Assembly: GCA_019414545.1 (NCBI GenBank)
Contig: DXLV01000005.1
Coordinates: forward strand, 12,517 to 76,516
From: Collinsella sp.
Lineage (GTDB): Bacteria; Actinomycetota; Coriobacteriia; Coriobacteriales; Coriobacteriaceae
Direction: 5' to 3'
DNA length: 64,000 nt
Position 1 is the stretch's first letter; the number at the start of each line of letters is the position of its first letter. This document shows, piece after piece, positions 61,834 to 64,000 of the stretch. The notes under the pieces are model-generated. The model saw only the letters and a program-made list of their open reading frames with translations, was not told the origin of the DNA and did no database searches. The position numbers and the translations under genes were made by a program.

Positions 61834-62693
61834 TTAACAGACTTCTGAAAAACAGTATACATTCATGCAGTCGCCGTCGCTGCACTCACCTGGAAAAGTG
61901 CCAGCGCAAGTGAATTCTGGCTCATTGATAAGATTTCGAATTCCTTCGTTTGATGCAATTTCCTTACTGGTTAGGTTCAGGTGGAAAAAATTGGGAACAT
62001 CGCAAAATTCTTGACGATAGAAGCTGGCCGCAGCGGCAATACATTGAACGGCGATGCTTGCGGGGCACAAAAGAAGACAGATGTCTGCGTATCTGAGTAA
62101 GGGATTGCTGGAGGGGGCGAGGCCGAGTAGACCGGTTGGTCTCCCTGACTCATATACAATGAAAAATTCCTTGCTCAGATTGAACAATCCGTTTCGCACC
62201 TCTAGCGGTCGTTCATACTGCTCGACGGCAAGAGGCCAACCGTAGACAATTGTGGGACTTTCTGGTTCTGATGAGCTCGCCTGGCTTGCCAGGGAGCAAA
62301 TCAGGCGAATATCGTTTTCTTGGGCAAGCCGTATATGGGCCCATTGTCCACGCAAATCTCATCGGCAATGGGTGTGCCATTTTCGGTCGGAGTTTTGACC
62401 CATCCTATTAGTCTCGATACGCTGAAACCTCTCATTGCCGAGGCTAAGTCAGATTTGAGCATGTCCGGATTGGCGTCTGGAAACTTGTCGCACATCCGAT
62501 TAAGGATTGTTTCGACGGTGTTTTTACCATCGCACAGAGAGACGATGTAGCTCCCGCTTCCGTTCAACATGATATAGTTCAGCTCATCGCGTCCGGTTAG
62601 AACAGAGCGGTACCCGTTCTTTTCCTCTCTTGAGTATGGGAGAGAAATCGATTTCGGGATAAATCCCCTTATTTCGTCAAAGCTCCATTCCAT
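61834..62693 (-). pseudogene. PqqD/RRE domain fused to a GNAT-like domain, split by a single-base frameshift
   Basis: RRE: IMLNGSGSYIVSLCDGKNTVETILNRMCDKFPDANPDMLKSDL; the second frame continues HIRLAQENDIRLI...FFIVYESGRPTGLLG; the frames join if the GGG at 62340-62342 were GGGG. Confidence 0.7.
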
Positions 62694-62736
62694 AATTAAT
62701 CCCTCCTTGTGTCTGTTTGAATATGAGCCGATTTTA

Positions 62737-63097
62737 GGCTCTTCGGTAGTTTCTGTGGGCGAGACATCAATTTTTCCGCAGGTGGATGCAAAAAAGTTCC
62801 GCATATAAGGGAAACGGCCCCGAGAGGGGGCCGTTTCCGCGCCGGGCAGGGTAGGATTTCGCTTGCTACATCAACCTACCGGAAAGGCCCTGACGCATGA
62901 ACAGGATACTAAGCCGCGCGCTCGCGCTGGTCCACACCGTGATCGAGTACGCCAGCATCGACGGCGGCAGGATAATCGTCGGCGTCAGGCCGTAGACCAG
63001 TTTCGGGCTGCGGTGCCCCGTCTGCGGGAGGGCAGCGAATGCTACGACAGGTCGCCAAGGCCGCGGCTGTGGCGCGCGATGGACCTGGCGAGGTCGA
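62737..63097 (+). mobile_element. ISL3-family left end and degenerate transposase N-terminus
   Basis: GGCTCTTCGGTAGTTTCTGTGGG terminus; from 62897 MNRILSRALALVHTVIE...GVRP*..RCPVCGR..(frameshift)..CYDRSPRPRLWRAMDLARS zinc-finger fragment. Confidence 0.7.
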
Positions 63098-63943
63098 CCT
63101 CTCCGCGCTCGGGCTGCACGAGATGGCGGCGTCCCTGCCCGACTACGTGAGGATGGTCGCCGCGGGCGAGCGGGGCTTCGCCTCCGCCCTCGAGGAGATG
63201 ACGCGCGCCGAGGTCGCCGCCCGGGAGGTCAGGATAACCAACCAGCGCATACGGTCGTCCGGGTTCCCCTACGTCAAGGGCCTGGCCGACTTCGACTGGG
63301 ACTTCCAGCCGTCGGTCCCGCGCGCCGAGATCGAGGAGCTCGCGACCCTCAGGTTCGTCGAGCGGGCCGAGAACGTCCTGTTCGTGGGGAGCCCCGGCGT
63401 GGGCAAGACGCACCTCGCCGTCGCGCTGGGCATCGAGGCGGTCAGGGCGGGGCGCGAGGTCAGGTTCGTGGACTGCGCCCGGCTCGTGGAGGACCTCGAG
63501 GACGCCTCGGCCCGCGGCATCCTAAAGAAGAGGCTCAAGCACTACGCCCACTCGAGGCTGCTCATCATCGACGAGCTCGGCTACCTCGACGTCGGCAGCG
63601 CGGGCGCGGACCTGCTTTTCCAGCTGATATCGACGCGCTACGAGCAGCGCTCGACGATCATCACCACCAACGTGGGGATCAGCGGCTGGGGCCGGGTGTT
63701 CGGGGACGACGTGGCGGCGAGCGCGATCGCGGACCGGGTGTGCCACCACTGCCACCACTGCCACCACTGCCACCTGGTCAAGATAGCCGGCAGGTCCTAC
63801 AGGCTGAAGGACCTGCCGAGGGAGGGACCCGTCAAGGCGTGACCGGAATCGGTGAAAATACGTTAGCGCAAGCGGTGAAGCCGCCTTTGCGCGAACGGCG
63901 CGTTTGATTAGTGAAACTGGTGAAAATTAGATTGACGCTAACA
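63098..63943 (+). mobile_element. istB: IS21-family remnant: 5'-truncated istB plus right end
   Basis: FDWDFQPS, GSPGVGKTHLAVALG, LIIDELGY, TIITTN, ADRV..H, GRSYRLK (stop at 63842); GGTGAAAAT subterminal repeats ending ...GACGCTAACA. Confidence 0.88.
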
Positions 63944-64000
63944 GGGGCGTGCCCGTCGCGGCGTTTCACGGGGATGTCTCGCGCCATCCCCGGACCCCTT

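Noticed and set aside
62694..62804. N-terminal extension MRNFFASTCGK... of the RRE protein, or a second precursor peptide
   Set aside because: It runs into the ISL3 end at 62737; the strong RBS points to the ATG at 62693.
63039..63097. N-terminus of the 267-aa IstB ORF in the track
   Set aside because: These codons come from out-of-frame ISL3 sequence fused to istB.

Overview
GC-rich actinobacterial chromosomal window; gene content and codon style suggest Coriobacteriia, probably Collinsella (inference). From left to right: (1) the end of an AT-richer accessory patch (DUF5626-like protein, small membrane peptide, XRE-HTH gene with a DUF3990-like remnant); (2) housekeeping genes engB, mtnN, a serine hydrolase, pflA and degV; (3) a sucrose/fructo-oligosaccharide PTS cluster with two GH32 enzymes; (4) a pyruvate formate-lyase split into a 683-aa catalytic body and a separate 83-aa glycyl-radical protein; (5) MarR plus a heterodimeric ABC exporter, DAHP synthase, a BceAB-type transporter and a MutT-Vsr fusion; (6) a ~25 kb galactose/lactose region with the Leloir genes galK/galT/galM, the tagatose-6-P genes lacA/B/C/X, a class II aldolase where lacD is absent, and two LacI-lacE-lacG modules; (7) an AAA_14/DUF4143-type ATPase with 23-bp-period upstream repeats, a degenerate PTS IIB and tRNA-Thr(CGT); (8) a tRNA-adjacent island with IS21/ISL3 debris and a compact radical-SAM RiPP-like cluster (RRE/PqqD-GNAT-like fusion, SPASM-Cys-lacking radical SAM enzyme, Cys-free hydrophobic precursor with a YEKP leader motif, membrane protein, ABC exporter). 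Intergenic regions carry several families of palindromic repeats, two of which show compensatory base-pair changes between copies. All family assignments come from motif recognition by eye; no database searches were run.
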